NCBI RefSeq assembly: GCF_006345805.1
Contig: NC_043002.1
Coordinates: forward strand, 66,960,001 to 67,024,000
DNA length: 64,000 bases
DNA from: Octopus sinensis
Lineage: Eukaryota
Direction of reading: 5' to 3'
This document shows, in pieces, positions 38,998 through 53,238 of this stretch. The notes below the pieces were generated by a model that saw only the letters and a list, made by a program, of their open reading frames with translations, was not told the origin of the DNA and did not search any database. The position numbers and the translations under genes are program-made. Position 1 is the first letter of the stretch. The number at the start of each line of letters is the position of its first letter.

Positions 38998-40745
38998 AGG
39001 TTTCTGGAGTTCGACGATGAGGATTCAGTTGTTCGATCTAATGAATTCTTAACCATTGGGTCATATTTTGCGTACACACACGCACACACACACACAACTA
39101 CACACACACACACACATCCACTATAATTATTTTATTTCATACATTTTATTGTGTTGAATGCCTGCCTGGTCATTCATATTGATCTTGCCAAACAGAGAAT
39201 TTACATAAAACGTATTTCTGCCCGGAATAACCAAATTCCCAGCTAAAATCTTGAGTTAAAAGAAAACCGAACTTACCTAGATGCTAAAGGTTAACAAGGC
39301 ATTTTCCATTCTCTGGCGACCCACCGTGTCATATTCTGGTAACAGCTAACGTCCATATCAAATACCTGAAATACAAAAGGCGAAAAGTTTAGAGATCAAA
39401 TCGAACTCTTCGGTATGTTCTGCATAATAGCTTTGGTACAAAGATTTTTGTATTCGTTTTAATAGTTATGAGTCAAAGACGCTTTCATGCGATCGCTACA
39501 TCTAACGGATGCTGTTAGGTGGTGGGATTAGGGTATTGACTGACGTGCATTGCAATATTTCACTTCAAAAAAGGACACTTTTGGTTAATTCTTACAGAAA
39601 TGTTGAAAATTAAAGTACATCACGTTTTCTATATGCCCCCACCTCCGGATCAGAGGGGAAGCTGGCGGGATGGCATCATTTGAAGTGCATAGTGACCAGC
39701 GATTTATGACAACATCCGATAGTCTGGTCGATACTTTGAAACCGTGATATGAATATTAGAACATTCGGGAAAAATAGGTTCTCTTCCAAACCCCAACATG
39801 TCCTGAGCATTGTGGATGGTTGCTAGGGTACGCTTTTGTTGTTTGAACAGAATCTTTGACTCGTGCTATCACAGATCAATTTGTGATAAGCGTAGCACGG
39901 TTCACAATTGAGCGTAGTTTGTGATCCTGGATCAGTGTTGAATGAACCTGTGACAAACGAACATGAATGCATTTTGTAGATCTCTAGGGTGTTGCGGGAT
40001 TTCTGAGATGATGCTTAAGTTTTGATTTGCTAGATAAGTACTAAAGTAGCCATTGATTTTTAATTAGGAAAAGGTTACTTTTTGTGATGGAGGTGCATGA
40101 TCGATTTATATTGACTTAGTGTTTTACAAGTCTCTATTTTATCGACCATTTTAAGATGAAAAGGAAACAAAATATATTAAGACAACTCATCCCTTTACTA
40201 AGCAACAACTTGCACCTGCTAACATATCCCCCTTAAATTCTAAATTAATTATTAGCAAGGAAGTGTACAAGTAAAACAATCCCCAATTATAAAACATCAA
40301 CAAGATGTCTTTCTCTTACGAATCCCGTTCTTTCTCCTAAGAATTCCACGAAAACTTGTAGTTGTTAATTATAGACAACAATCAAACGAGATTGGCAAAA
40401 ACCCAATTGAACTTTGACACATCATGTGTAAGTAAATGACCGGCAGCGGGCGTCTTGGTTCCAGAAATCATTGGCGAAATATAACTTATAAAGTTAGATT
40501 GAACGACGTATATCGATTGCAACAGTAATCAGAATAAGTGCAGTTTGAGGCAAAAAAAAAAAAAGAAAAACAAGAGAATTGTTTTTATTAATCATAGACA
40601 TCTTTGTCCGATACTAAAAGTACATCAGCAATTGCTTTATATATCAAAATATCAAACAGCAAATAACATTCTTTTTTCTTCAAAGTTGAATGTTATGTTA
40701 ACTTCATTAATTATCATCATCATCATCATTATTATTATTATTATT

Positions 40746-41290
40746 GAGTGAGACAGTGCATGCCATCAAAGTGACACTGGAGTAAAATATACGAAGCTCA
40801 GTATATCATGACTACCCGTCTGATAAGGGCACACCAGGCACATGCATGTGCGCGATATATGGTAATCTCATACCAAGATTAACAGCACATGATCTTGCAG
40901 GTGGGGGCCAAGTTAGAATTTTCGTCAGGTCGAGTAGCCCATCCTGCTCAAAATAGGTCTCTGAATATGAGTTGTTTAAGGATATTGAACAACACACCCA
41001 TGTTTCCAAAGGTGAATTATTCAAATCCCAAAGAATTCCTCTCAACACATGGCTATGATGCTTCCCCACTACTTCTGCTCGTGATCAGAGATGCACATAT
41101 CGTCAGCCACTAAGGGACATGCTCAACTGGTTAAGGTCAAACAATTGACAAGAAAATCTGTGGTATTGAGCAGAATATTTGCTGTAGCCCATCCTTTATA
41201 CCAAGACACAACAATGTACATGATAACACTTCCAGCCAGTTATGACGAGAAGCCATGAGAGCCACTGCCTGGTTCTGCATCAGGGCATTT
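40746..41290. mobile_element. Probable interspersed repeat inserted in an (ATT)n tract
   Basis: Higher-GC 545-bp block with (ATT)n on both sides; single copy in the window, family unassigned. Confidence 0.4.
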
Positions 41291-42679
41291 ATTATTATTA
41301 TTATTATTATTCGTTTCTTCCGTCTTTCTTTCAGAAACTGTAATAGGAAAAATACGATAATTATTTCTTTAAATAACAACAGGAAATGTACCAATTCAAA
41401 TCTTAAGTAAAATTGTACTGTTTTTTTTCCTTTTGCCTTTCTGTTTTTTTTTTCCTTTTCTTTTTGTAGTTCACTCGCAAGATTTTTGGTGCTGTATTAA
41501 TTAGATAGCGTTTGGTACAGTTCCTTACACATTCCAATAATGGCCCAAAGACAATGAAGCACTTTATAATTCTTGATGAAACAAATTTACTATAGTCAAC
41601 CGGTAAAACATCATTTTATACATACATACCACCCCACACGCATACGAACATACATACTCATATATATATATATACATGTAGGTCGTATACGAGTGGGTAT
41701 ATATTTATAAATATATATATATTTTATATATATATATATATATATACACAAGCACATCCACAGACTGATAGATACACATTCATGTGAATTATTTATCTGC
41801 ATGAGTGCTTGTATTTGTATGTATTTCAATTTTGATGTATGTAATTAACGAAAAATAAAAGAATCGAGTGTTTTGGTCTTACAGACAACTTCTGAGAATG
41901 ACTTATTTTTACAATCGTTCTTTACACTTCCTGAGAAAATGTTTCGTGAGAAGCAATTTACCAACAACTCAACCATTGTTTTGGGTGACGAATAGAGTTT
42001 GCCTAATGACGTCATAAGCGTGGAAAATATTGAAATTTTGACTGATAGAACATAATCGACAAAGAAGGATTTCTTTTCTCTTGTCTGGCTTTAGATTTCT
42101 CTGTTATTGTTGTTTAGCCCACGGTCGAGAAAATCCTATGATTAAAGGTATTCCAGTCATGACCACCACGTCGTTTGGGATAGGTACAACTATATTAACT
42201 AATTTGCCAGTCCAAAGGATTTTCATAAGTTTGTCCTAAACGACCATGGTTTGTTTTTGGCCTTTTAGTTATTCTTTGTTTCGTATGTTCTTAGTAATAT
42301 AAAGATTTTCTTTCATAGATTCCAATTTTCTTTAGTGACGAAAAAATTAGGAATGTCTATCGTATATGATATATAGACGCCAGGAAAATATATCCAGTGT
42401 ATCACGTGCCACATAGGTCATGCAATGGGTTTACTAATTTTCTGCTCCTTCTGTAAGAGTGTAATGTATAATTTTGAGGAGATTCGACTGTTATTTCACA
42501 CAGGTTGACTTCCCAAATGTTTCTTCATTGTCCCGTACTTGATTTTATTTCATCGAATTTTGTGTGCTTCCACTTTATTCGAAAATATAATTTCTTCATT
42601 CGTTATTGAAAATACAGGATGTGTCAAAATGATGGAACATATTTTAAACGCAAGTAACTAGGAACGGAACTTTTCTACT

Positions 42680-43720
42680 CTGGGCACAAGGCCCGAATTT
42701 TTTAGGGACGGGGCCAGTCGATTAGGTCGACTCCAGTACGCAACTGGTACTTGATTTATCGACCCCGAAAAGATGAATGGAAAAGTCGACCTCAGCGGAA
42801 TTTGAACTTAGAACGTAAAGACTGACGAAATACCGCTAAGTACTTCGCCCGGCGTGCTAACGTTTCTACCAGCTCGCTGCCTTGGGGATCGGAAGAACTG
42901 ACGGGTGAGTATCCACGACTTCGTAAATTAGAAATAAGATGTGTCCATTCATTATTAGACACCATGAAGATGCAGCTCGCCGCCTTACTTCCAAACTGCT
43001 TGTTTATCATACTCACTCACAAGACATTGGTTGGCCCAGGGCTATAGTTGAAGACACTTGCTCATGGTGTTGTACACAGGGACTGAACCTGGAACTATAT
43101 GGTTGCAAGCGCCTGGCAGAAACGTTAACACGCCGGGCGAAATACTTAGCGATATTTTGTCTGCCGTTACGTTCTGAGTTAAAATTCCGCCGAGGTCGAC
43201 TTTGCCTTTCATCCTTTCTGGGTCGATAAATCAAGTACCAGTTACGCACTGGAGTCGATGTAATCGACTTAATCCGTTTGTCTGTCCTTGTTTGTCCTCT
43301 CTGTGTTTAGTCCTTGTGGGTAGTAAAGAAATAGGTATTTCGTCTGCCGCTGCGTTCTGAGTTCAAATTCCACCGCGGTCGACTTTGCTTTTCATCCTTT
43401 CGGGGTCGATAAATAAAGTACCAGTTTATTACTGGGGTCGATGTAATCGACTATCCCCCTCCCCCAAATTTCAGGCCTTATGCCTATAATAGAAAGGATT
43501 ATTTTATAAGTTCAGGCGGCGCGGTGGCAGAAGCGTTAGCACTTTGGGCTGAATGGTTAGCGTATTTCGTCCGTCTGTATGTTCTAAGTTCATATTCCAC
43601 TGAGGTTGACTTTGTCTTTCATCCTCTCGGGTGTCGATAAAATAAGAACCAGTTGTGCATTGCAGGTTGCTGTATTCGACTTATCCTACTCCCCGAAATT
43701 GCTGGTCTTGTGGTTAGAAT
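42680..43720. mobile_element. SINE cluster: family B (-, 42680-42880), family A fragment, family B dimer (+, 43113-43500), family B (+, 43520-43720)
   Basis: Matches to family consensus; dimer junction AAAGAAATAGGTATTTCGTC at about 43335. Confidence 0.8.
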
Positions 43721-45699
43721 TTGAAATCAATATCATTCTATGAGTGATGTATGTATGCATACATTATAAACGCCAACTAGCAATAAGATGATCAATTTTG
43801 AGCTGGTTCGCGATTTAGTCATAAAGCTACAGTTTTGTGATGGGTGTGTGTGTGTGTGTGTGTGTAGTTGATACCATTGATTCTAGGACGTGACTGGTAC
43901 TTTATTTTATCGACCTGGGAGGAATGAAAGGCAAAGCTGACCTCGGTGGGTTTTGAATTCAGAACATAAAGAACCGGAAGAAATACTGCAATGCATTTTG
44001 TCCGACACTCTATCGATTCTGCTAGTTCGCCATATTCTGGTTTCTAATTTAGGAACAAAGCCAGTAATTTTGGAGGCAGTGATGTAATGGATACCGTCGA
44101 TTACAGAATCCTTCTTACACTTTAAGGGATAATAGGGAAGTTGAACTTAGCGGGGTTTGAACTCAAGACCCGTGGCAAAATCATAATTTTCTTATCGATC
44201 TTAAGAATAATGTTTTAGGTCTTTCATCGGTGTTTCTATCTTTTGGTAATATAGAAAGGCGTAAGACATTTAATACACACACAGGTGCTTCCTATCCCAC
44301 CAAGGGTTATTTCTGTCAACAGTTCAATAATCCTATAAAGTCTCTGAAGATTTGACAACATATTTTGAATATGATATTTATCTTATGTATGTAGTAACAA
44401 TTTTTTGCTCATGAAATATACGTAAGTCGGTGTATCTAAATATCTTATAAACAATCTTTCCTGTTTTATTTCATACTTACATACATATGTACGCATATAC
44501 ATACATACTTACACACACACACACACATACATATATGTTGATACATATATACACACATACACACACACGTACATACATACACATATGCATACATACTCAC
44601 ATGTACATACACATATAAACAACAGTTACAGCTTTCTAAATTCCGGTCACGTGGTATCTCTCAGTCCAAGATAATGGTAGATAGTACTCAACTTACTGAG
44701 CTGTAGAATCGAAACAAACTACATGGCTGCGAACTGAAAATTCTGAACCAGACACAGATAACTGCGGCCGCAACCGTGACTATATTATCTTATTGAATCG
44801 GCATTGTGGCTGGGGAAAGCAGATATGAATTTTACATTGTTTAGAATGACAAACGTAACATGTTGAACTCCGTAACATAACAATATTAACGTAATGTTTT
44901 TGTATAGCATATCTAAAAGCTTAATTCTGTTTTCTGTTCATCCATCCTCTTATCCATGGCTGCCATAGCAATATACTGCTGCGACAGCCATATATATATA
45001 TATATTATATGTTCTGCTCTTCATTTGTAAACTACCTATTGTGTCCCGCTCATTAAATGTCTCGACACACTTCAAGTCCTGACGCACGCATGAAAGATAA
45101 GTCAGTAGAATGATTAGGCAGAGAGATGGTAATTTATACCAGCAACAAGAACTAAAAACAGTCGAATACATACACAGTCTTATACTTCAACAACGCCAAC
45201 AACAACAACAACAACAGCACTTCAATCACCGTCAAAATAATGACATTTGAATTTTGGCAATAATTCTGAGACAACAATTTTTCATTTCTGTATGCATTAT
45301 TCAGTCTACTACACACAGAATTTAATAAAGTTTCCATAGAATTCAAAATTTCTACATTATATAAAATTGGTACATTGCTAGTCTGACATAAGCGAACTTT
45401 TGGACTGATTCAAAGCTGAAACTGAATGTGGGATATAACGTAAAGACAAAGAGATTAAAGTATCGTCATTTATCCATTTTAGGTCGATAAAATATGTATT
45501 AGTTAAATCTAATTCTTAATTCAAACAAATGTTGCAGCGTTCAGCAAACGTGAGACATATATTTGACTGACTAGTATATTGGTCTGCCGTAAATAGGTTT
45601 TGCTGTGAGCACGATTGAACTGAACACTGCAAATTAATGAAATAATTAACAATTTCCACTGCTGCTGTTAAAACAGTGAATTGCCACATTCATTTACAC

Positions 45700-45818
<119 letters not shown>

Positions 45819-46663
45819 TGTGTGTGTGTGTGTGTGTGTGGAGTGGACATGAAGGGCAAGGGTTGAGTAACTAAGTTACGGATTTTGCTACAGATACAAC
45901 ACACTACGAAATTTCACTCACAAGCCCGTCCGATACCTAACATATTAAAATATATAGTGATATATTTTGGTTAAAAGTATATTTATTCGAAAGCCGCAGT
46001 ACAGTGAAAACCAAACTAGACTGTAATTGAAGATAATGTGCACCAGAATGGTTGTGTGGTTAAGAAGCTCACATTAAAATAACGTGATTCCGGGTTTGTT
46101 CTGGATTATATCTTGGAGAGGTATCTTCTGCCATAGCCTAAGTTCAGTCAAAGCTTTGTGAGTGAAATTTAGTGAAGAGAAACTAACGGAGACTGACAGG
46201 TGGATTAAGATTGTTGATAGCCTAATGGATATAGTGGCGAACATTCAGCCGAATGGTCGGAGGTTCGCACTCTACCCGAAGCACTTCGTTATGTTAGCGG
46301 TTGGGACAAAATAGCCCAATCCACCTGGCTGTAGATAGGTAGGCATGTAAGAAAATACCTTCAAATCGCTCCCTGATATCTTAAAAGAATACATCAGTCA
46401 ATGTAGTCATAGTTACAAAACAACGGGATGGTCATAGCTGGAGCACTTCTAATCATATTTCCTCGGAGTTGACTTGAAGCTAAACAACAATAGCACTGAT
46501 ACTTCGTATTCAGAGACAAGGCCAGCATTTGTTAAGAGGAAAGGGTCTTAGGGAATTTCATCGATTCTGTTACTTGACAGGTAACGTGTATGGTGGCACA
46601 TATGACGCATTCCCCCACCAAGCCCTACATACTAAGTTGGGCCTATATTTCATGTTTTAATGC

Positions 46664-47618
46664 AGCCACTTTTTTTTCATCTATGGACCCCTTTAATTAT
46701 TATTTTATTCTGATGGACCCCCCCCCTCATAGCCATTCAATGTTTAGAAGCTAGTTTTGTAGATACTTCTTTCAAAATTCCTATTTTGTTTTTCACACAT
46801 TCACGTGTGTAAGTTTGTAATATTCTTTAATACTCTCGGCACAAGGCACGAAATTTTTGGATAGGGAGCAGTCGATTGGATCGACCCTAGTACGGAACTG
46901 GTACTCAATTTATCGACCCCGAAAGGATGAAAGGTAAAGTCGACCTCGGCGGAATTTGAACTCAGATCGTAAAGACAGGCGAAATAATGCTAAGCATTTC
47001 GCCCGGCGTGCTAACGCTTCTGCCGGCTCGCCAAAACAATGGCTGGAAACGTTAAATTACGTAAACCATTAAAGGAAAAAACTGAGCTGTTTCTTGCTAT
47101 AAATACATCTAAAGGAAAGTTTTAAAACACTACTGTGGATCTCCACACTGCTGTTTTGCTTGCGTGGATCCCCATAGTGGAGGCGCAATGACCAGTGGTT
47201 AGGGCAGCGGACTGGCAGTCGTAGGATCGCGGTTTCGATTCCCAGACCGGGCGTTGTAAGTGTTTATTGAGCGAAAACACCTAATGCTCCACGAGGCTCC
47301 GGCAGGAGGTGGTGGACAATCCTGCTGTACTCTTTCACCACAACTTTCTCTCACTCTTTCTTCCTGTTTCTGTTGCACCTGTACTCCATAGGGCCAGCCT
47401 TGTCATACTCTATGTCATGCTGAATCTCCCCGAGAACTATGTTAAGGGTACACGTATCTGTGGAGTACTCAGCCACTTGCATGTTAATTTCACGAGCAGA
47501 CTGTTCCGTCGATCGGATCAACTGGATCCCTCGTCGTCGTAACCGACGGAGTGCCACGGATCCCCAGAAATCTTATTGGGGCCTTAGGATTCATATGGAC
47601 CTCGGTTGAGAACCGCTG
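46664..47618. mobile_element. hAT-like MITE with two nested SINEs (family B -, 46835-47032; family C +, 47178-47556)
   Basis: Right end GGTTGAGAACCGCTG resembles a CAG(T/C)GGTTCTCAACC hAT-type TIR; left end is damaged; internal GGAC/TCCCC motifs; no clear TSD. Confidence 0.55.
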
Positions 47619-47791
47619 ATTGATTGCATTAAAATCTCTTTTCGTGAATATGCGTTACTAATTATGGGGCGCGTCTTTTATGGCACCAAGTACAGTATTA
47701 TATTTTATAGGCTTCGAAAGGATGAAATCAAAGTTAACCTCAGCAGGATTGGAAACAATATTAATGAAAATTAGTAATTGTTTCTAATATA

Positions 47792-49456
47792 GGCGCAGGA
47801 GTGGCTGTGTGGTAAGTAGCTTGCTTACCAACCACATGGGTCCGGGTTCAGTCCCACTGCGTGGAACCTTGGACAAGTGTCTTCTACTATAGTCACGGGC
47901 CGACCAAAGCCTTGTGAGTGGATTTGGTTGACGGAACTGAAAGAAGCCCATGGTATATGTGTGTGTGTCCACTATCACTTAACAACTGATGGTGTATTTA
48001 CTTTCTCGTTTCGGCAAGTGAGGCCGATAGAATAAGTACTAGGCTTACGAAGAATAAGTCCTGCGTCGATTTGTTCGACTAAAGACGGTGTTCCAGCATG
48101 GCCGCAGTCAAATGACTGAAACGAATAAAAGATAAAAGAATATAGGTGCAAGGCCTAAGGTAGCCAGCTGGTAGAAACATTAGCAGGGCGGGCAAAATGC
48201 ATTGCGGAATTTCGTCTGTCTGTTCAGAGTTCAAATTCCACGGAGGTTAACTTTGCCTTTCGGAAAAAATAAGAACTAGTTGAACACTGGAGGTTGATGT
48301 AATCGACTTAATTCCAACCCCGAAATTGCTGGCCTTGTGCCAAAACTTGAAATCAATATAGGGACAAGGCCTGAAATTTTGCAGAAAAAAATTAGTCAAT
48401 ACCATTGCCTCCAGTACTTGACCTGTACTTTACTGTAACGACTCCGGAGGCTTGAAACCCCCAGTGAGATTTAAGCTCAAGATGTAACGAGCCGGAACAA
48501 GTACTGCTAAACATTTTTTCCGACGCTCTAACGACTCTGCCAGACCTTTCTAATTTTGGCAAAGGTTAGCAATTTTAGAGGAGGTGGGGGTAAGTCAATT
48601 ATCATCGAACCGAGTACTTGACTTGTACTTTATTTTATTGACCTCAAAAGGATGAAAATCGACCTCGGCGGTGTTTGAACTTAGAGCATAAATAATCGAA
48701 AAAAATACCTCTAAGAATTTTTCTTCGACGCACTAACGATTCTGCTAGCTTGTCGCCTTGTAATGAATTAATAATTCTTTCTTTCTACTAAAGATACGTT
48801 GCTCCAGTCCACTCAGCAGGCAAAAATGAATAAAACGCTGCAATGGACTGGCGTCCCGTCCAGCTGGGGAACACATACGCCATAGAAACCGGGAAACCGG
48901 GCCCATGAGACTGGCTAGGCTTTAAAAGGGCGCATTTATTTATTTTGTTACTAAAGATACAAGGATTGAAATTATGGGGGAGGGGACAATCGATAACATA
49001 GACCCTAGTGGTCGATTGGTATTTATTTTATCGACGTCGTAAAGGTGAAAGATATAGTCAACTTTGGAGGCATTTGAAGTCAGGAGATACAATGCCAGAA
49101 GAAATGCCGCTAAGCATTTTCTACGACGTGCTAACGATTCTGCCAGCTTAACCCATTGCCTACCATGAGCCGCATTTGGGGATCTGCTAAAAACAGTATC
49201 ACCTGCCGGTTGTTCGTTGTATTTAAAGTGAATTGCTTACGTACATTGCATTTACAGGGGTGTGTTTAACAATATTTAGTAGTAAAATTTGTCATTATTA
49301 GCTTTGGCTAATTCTAGAGGACATTTTATGTCATAAATCACAATATTTTGAACTACAAAAATATTGACTAGTTTGAAAACTTTTTTTTTTTGCATTTCCC
49401 ATCTATATCATTCATTGATATTTCATACACATTCGCATTTGATACTATAGTTTCAA

Positions 49457-49490
<34 letters not shown>

Positions 49491-50412
49491 TAAAAACTGA
49501 AATGTTTACAATTGCAATTGAATAGAAAAGGATAAATAAGCTTTTATTTCAGCGACCCCCATTTGAAACTAATAATTCATTTATAAAGAAATAATTCACA
49601 TATGAAGAAAATTTAAATACTATATATTATTTTAATTCCTAAGACACCTGGCAAAGCCAAAAATATGAATAAAAAAATTGGCAGTTAATGGGTTAATGCC
49701 CTAATAATAATTATTAATAATGGTAACTGATACAACTAGCTGCAACAATAGCGTAAGTAACAACAACCCTACTAGATGGTCTCGACTTCTAATAGTGTTG
49801 GGTTGGACATGGAGCAGACAAAAACCTCTGCAATATACCCACGTGTTGAGGCGGCGAGCTGGCAGAATCCTTAGCACACTAGGCGAAATGCTTAGTGGGG
49901 TTTTGTCCGCCTTTACGTTTCTAAGTTCAAATTCCGCTGAGGTCGACTTCGCCTGTCATCCTTTCGGGGCTGATAAAATAAGTACCAGTTGAGCACTGGG
50001 GTCGATGTAATCGACTTACACCCTCTCCCGAAATTACTGGTATTGTGCCAAAATTGAAGCCAATAATCCTTCCTATTAAATGCACAAGACCTATCATTTT
50101 GGGGAAGGAGGGCCAGTTGATTTTACCGAAAGGCAAAGTCGACCTCGGCGGAATTCGAACTCAGAACGTAAAGACAGACGAAAAACCTATTTCTTTACTA
50201 CCCACAAGGGGCTAAACACAGAGGGGACAAACAAGGACAGACAAACGGATTAAGTCGATTATATTGACCCCAGTGCACAACTGGTACTTATTTAATCGAC
50301 CCCGAAAGAATGAAAGGCAAAGTCGACATCGGCGCAATTTGAACTCAGAACGTAGCGGCAGGCGAAATACGGCTACGCATTTCGCCCGGCGTGCTAACGT
50401 TTCTGCCAGCTC
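47792..50412. mobile_element. Dense SINE cluster (family A 47792-48138; several family B copies on both strands; family D/tail iii fragment 48798-48945)
   Basis: Repeated matches to family heads, cores and tails. Confidence 0.75.
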
Positions 50413-50651
50413 GCAGCCTTACCACTTCCAAATAATAATGATAATAATAGATACAACTAGGTGTAACAATAACGTCAATAGTGTAACGGACCTTCTCGTT
50501 GGTCTCGTCTTCTAATAGTGTTGGGTAGGATATGGAGTGGGCTAAAAGCACCGCAGTATAGCCATATGTTTTAATTAATGAAATTAGAGGTGTGAATGAA
50601 ATGAATTTACATCGACCAAGAATCTAAACGAAGGCATGATTTGATAGGAGA

Positions 50652-50862
50652 ATATCGCCTGCACTATTATGGGGGTTGCTGGATTACTCCTTGCACTATA
50701 ACGGAAAATATCAGGCGATCACTTCTTGCACTATTAATTTATAGATAACCTCATGTACTATTAATGAGAAGGCTAGAGATCACCTCATGCACTATTATGG
50801 AGAGGGTTAGTGAATCACTTCTTGTACTCTAAATTTAGGACTTTAACTCATGCACTATTATG
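50652..50862. repeat. Degenerate minisatellite with a higher-order period of about 96 bp
   Basis: TG(C/T)ACT(A/C)T(T/A)A core at 50660, 50692, 50727, 50754, 50788, 50823 and 50851 (spacings 32, 35, 27, 34, 35, 28). Confidence 0.75.
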
Positions 50863-51029
50863 ATCGACAGTTTGCTAAAATGGTGGTTTTTTGGTTTCTT
50901 ACAGAAGGTAGGAAATTTCTAGCAGAAGAACTCAATCCATTGGTGCTGAAATGCAACTCTACAACGTACTGGTGTGCTGCAAAGAGTATTTAGGTCCCTC
51001 TGAAAAATGTATTCTTTTATCTTCTGTCT

Positions 51030-51890
51030 TTTACTTGTTTCAGTCATTTGACTGTGGCCATGCTGGGGCTCCGCCTTGAAGAACTTTTTAGTCGAATTAA
51101 TCGGCCTCAGTATCATTTTTTAAACCGGGTACTTATTCTATTGGTCTCTTTAGCCGAATTGCTGAGTAACGAGGATGTAAACACACCAATACCAGTTGTC
51201 ATTCGGTGGTGGGGACACACACACATTGTTTTACTTGTTCCAGTCATTTGACTGCGGCCATGCTGGAGCACCGCCATTATACACACACACACACACACAC
51301 ACACGTGCGTCTTTCAGTTTCCGTCTAGCAAATTTCCTCACAAAGCTTTGATCAGCTCGAGGCTATAGTAGAAGACTCTTGCCCAAGGTGCTACGCAGTG
51401 AGACTGAAGGCGTAACCATGTGGTTGGGAAGCAAGCTTATTGATGATTTTGTTATGCCTTGCTCCCTCATGTTTTTGAGGGCTCCGTCCTGATATACGGC
51501 AGGTCTTGAACATTCATAGACATAAGGCAGTCCATATTTCACCAGGTGAAATATGGACTGCCAAGGTGATCCATGCTGTATTCTTTCACCACAGCTTTCT
51601 CTCACTCTTTCTTCCTGTTTCTGTTGCACCTGTATTTCAAAGGGCCAGCCTTGTCACTCTCTGTATCACGCTGAATCTCCCCGAGAACTACGTTAAGGGT
51701 ACTCGTGTCTGTGGAGTGCTCAGCCACTTGCATGTTAATTTCAGGGGCAAGCTGTTCCGTTGATCTGATCAACTGGAACCCTCGACGTCGTAACCGACGG
51801 AGTGCCACGACGATATATATATATGAAATTTTTCATTTTGTTCACAGACTCCCCCAGTACTACCTTTGCGGACCCCCGGTTGGGAACCAC
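51030..51890. mobile_element. Composite of family A fragments (-), a 5'-truncated family C/tail ii SINE (+, 51573-51807) and a hAT-type terminus GGTTGGGAACCACTG
   Basis: Matches to in-window copies. Confidence 0.65.
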
Positions 51891-53196
51891 TGCATTAGAC
51901 ACAAATATGATGAACGAAAACAGGTAAGCAATATTTTTTCTATATTTTTTTCTAAATATTGTATCATAAAAACGATTTCTTTTGAAGTTTTTATATGAGT
52001 TTTTGCCAATAATTTCGTTCTCTATAGTTCTACAGTGTCTCACGAACTGGGAAAACATTTAAGCCTACTGGTTCCACCCGATTATCATCACGTGTGATAC
52101 TTATTTGTTCGATTTCCAACCTCAGACGAGTTCGAAGCCGTATGATGGTGTTGTTAAGAAGCCTACTTTTAAAGAAAGCGCTCAATCCCATTACACAACA
52201 TCTTGAGCAAGTGTCTTGTACGATTGCTTCGTGATAACCCATGCGATGTGAATTTCGGCACACACACACACACACACACATACGTGGATGGGTGTGTATA
52301 GTACCATTTCTACCACATCAATAAATTAACAAAACTCAGAAAGGAAGCAATTATTTTCAATGTCTTGACCAATCATAATTTTAACTATCATAACGACATT
52401 ATCTAAAATTGTTAACAAGGGCGGACATAGTTCAACCCAATGACCGTTACATAAGTTACCTTAGATTCGTAGGCGCGCGGAAGTGAGAGAGTAAAGGATC
52501 AGCATCAACTGTAATCAGTTATGTCGCTTTACAAGTCTAAACTCAGATCCCACCGCGGTCGACTTTACATTTCGTTCTACCAGGTTCGATAAAATAAAAT
52601 ACCATTTTTTTTACTGGGTCCGGTATTATCGACTGTTCCATTCCCAGAAAAATACGGAGAGTTAGAAATAATTACTACTAAAAATAAGTTAGAGGAACAA
52701 TAAAGTTATCCACGATGATGATAACAGCAACAACGATCTCAGGATAAATAGATTAGAAGTTATGCGGGATGAGCTTATTATAAATTTATAAATATCTATG
52801 GAATAATTAGTCATCTTGGAGAATTCTTTTCTTATCGATTTAATCTATTTCCAAACTCGCTATATTTAGACCGCTCTCTCCACACACACACACACACACA
52901 CATACACACACGTATTAATTTAACTGCTGTTAATGTTGCAATTGCTATTCTGAGGCCTTGATATGTTATTGTCATGACTGCTATTTTTGCTATTATTAAT
53001 GATAAGGCTTCGTTTTCAATAGTGCAATTATTACGACCCACCACACAAACACACACATGTACACACACAGAGAAAAAGAGAGAAGAGAGAAAAGAGGGAG
53101 GAGAGAGTGGAACTATAGAACATTATACTTAAATACGTAAATTTCATCTTAAATCTCTCAACAAAGTACATAGATTCTCTAGCACAATTAGAAGAG

Positions 53197-53238
<42 letters not shown>

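Noticed and set aside
50652-50862. CRISPR array
   Set aside because: Eukaryotic context, repeats short and degenerate, spacers too short and related at a 96-bp period, no cas genes.
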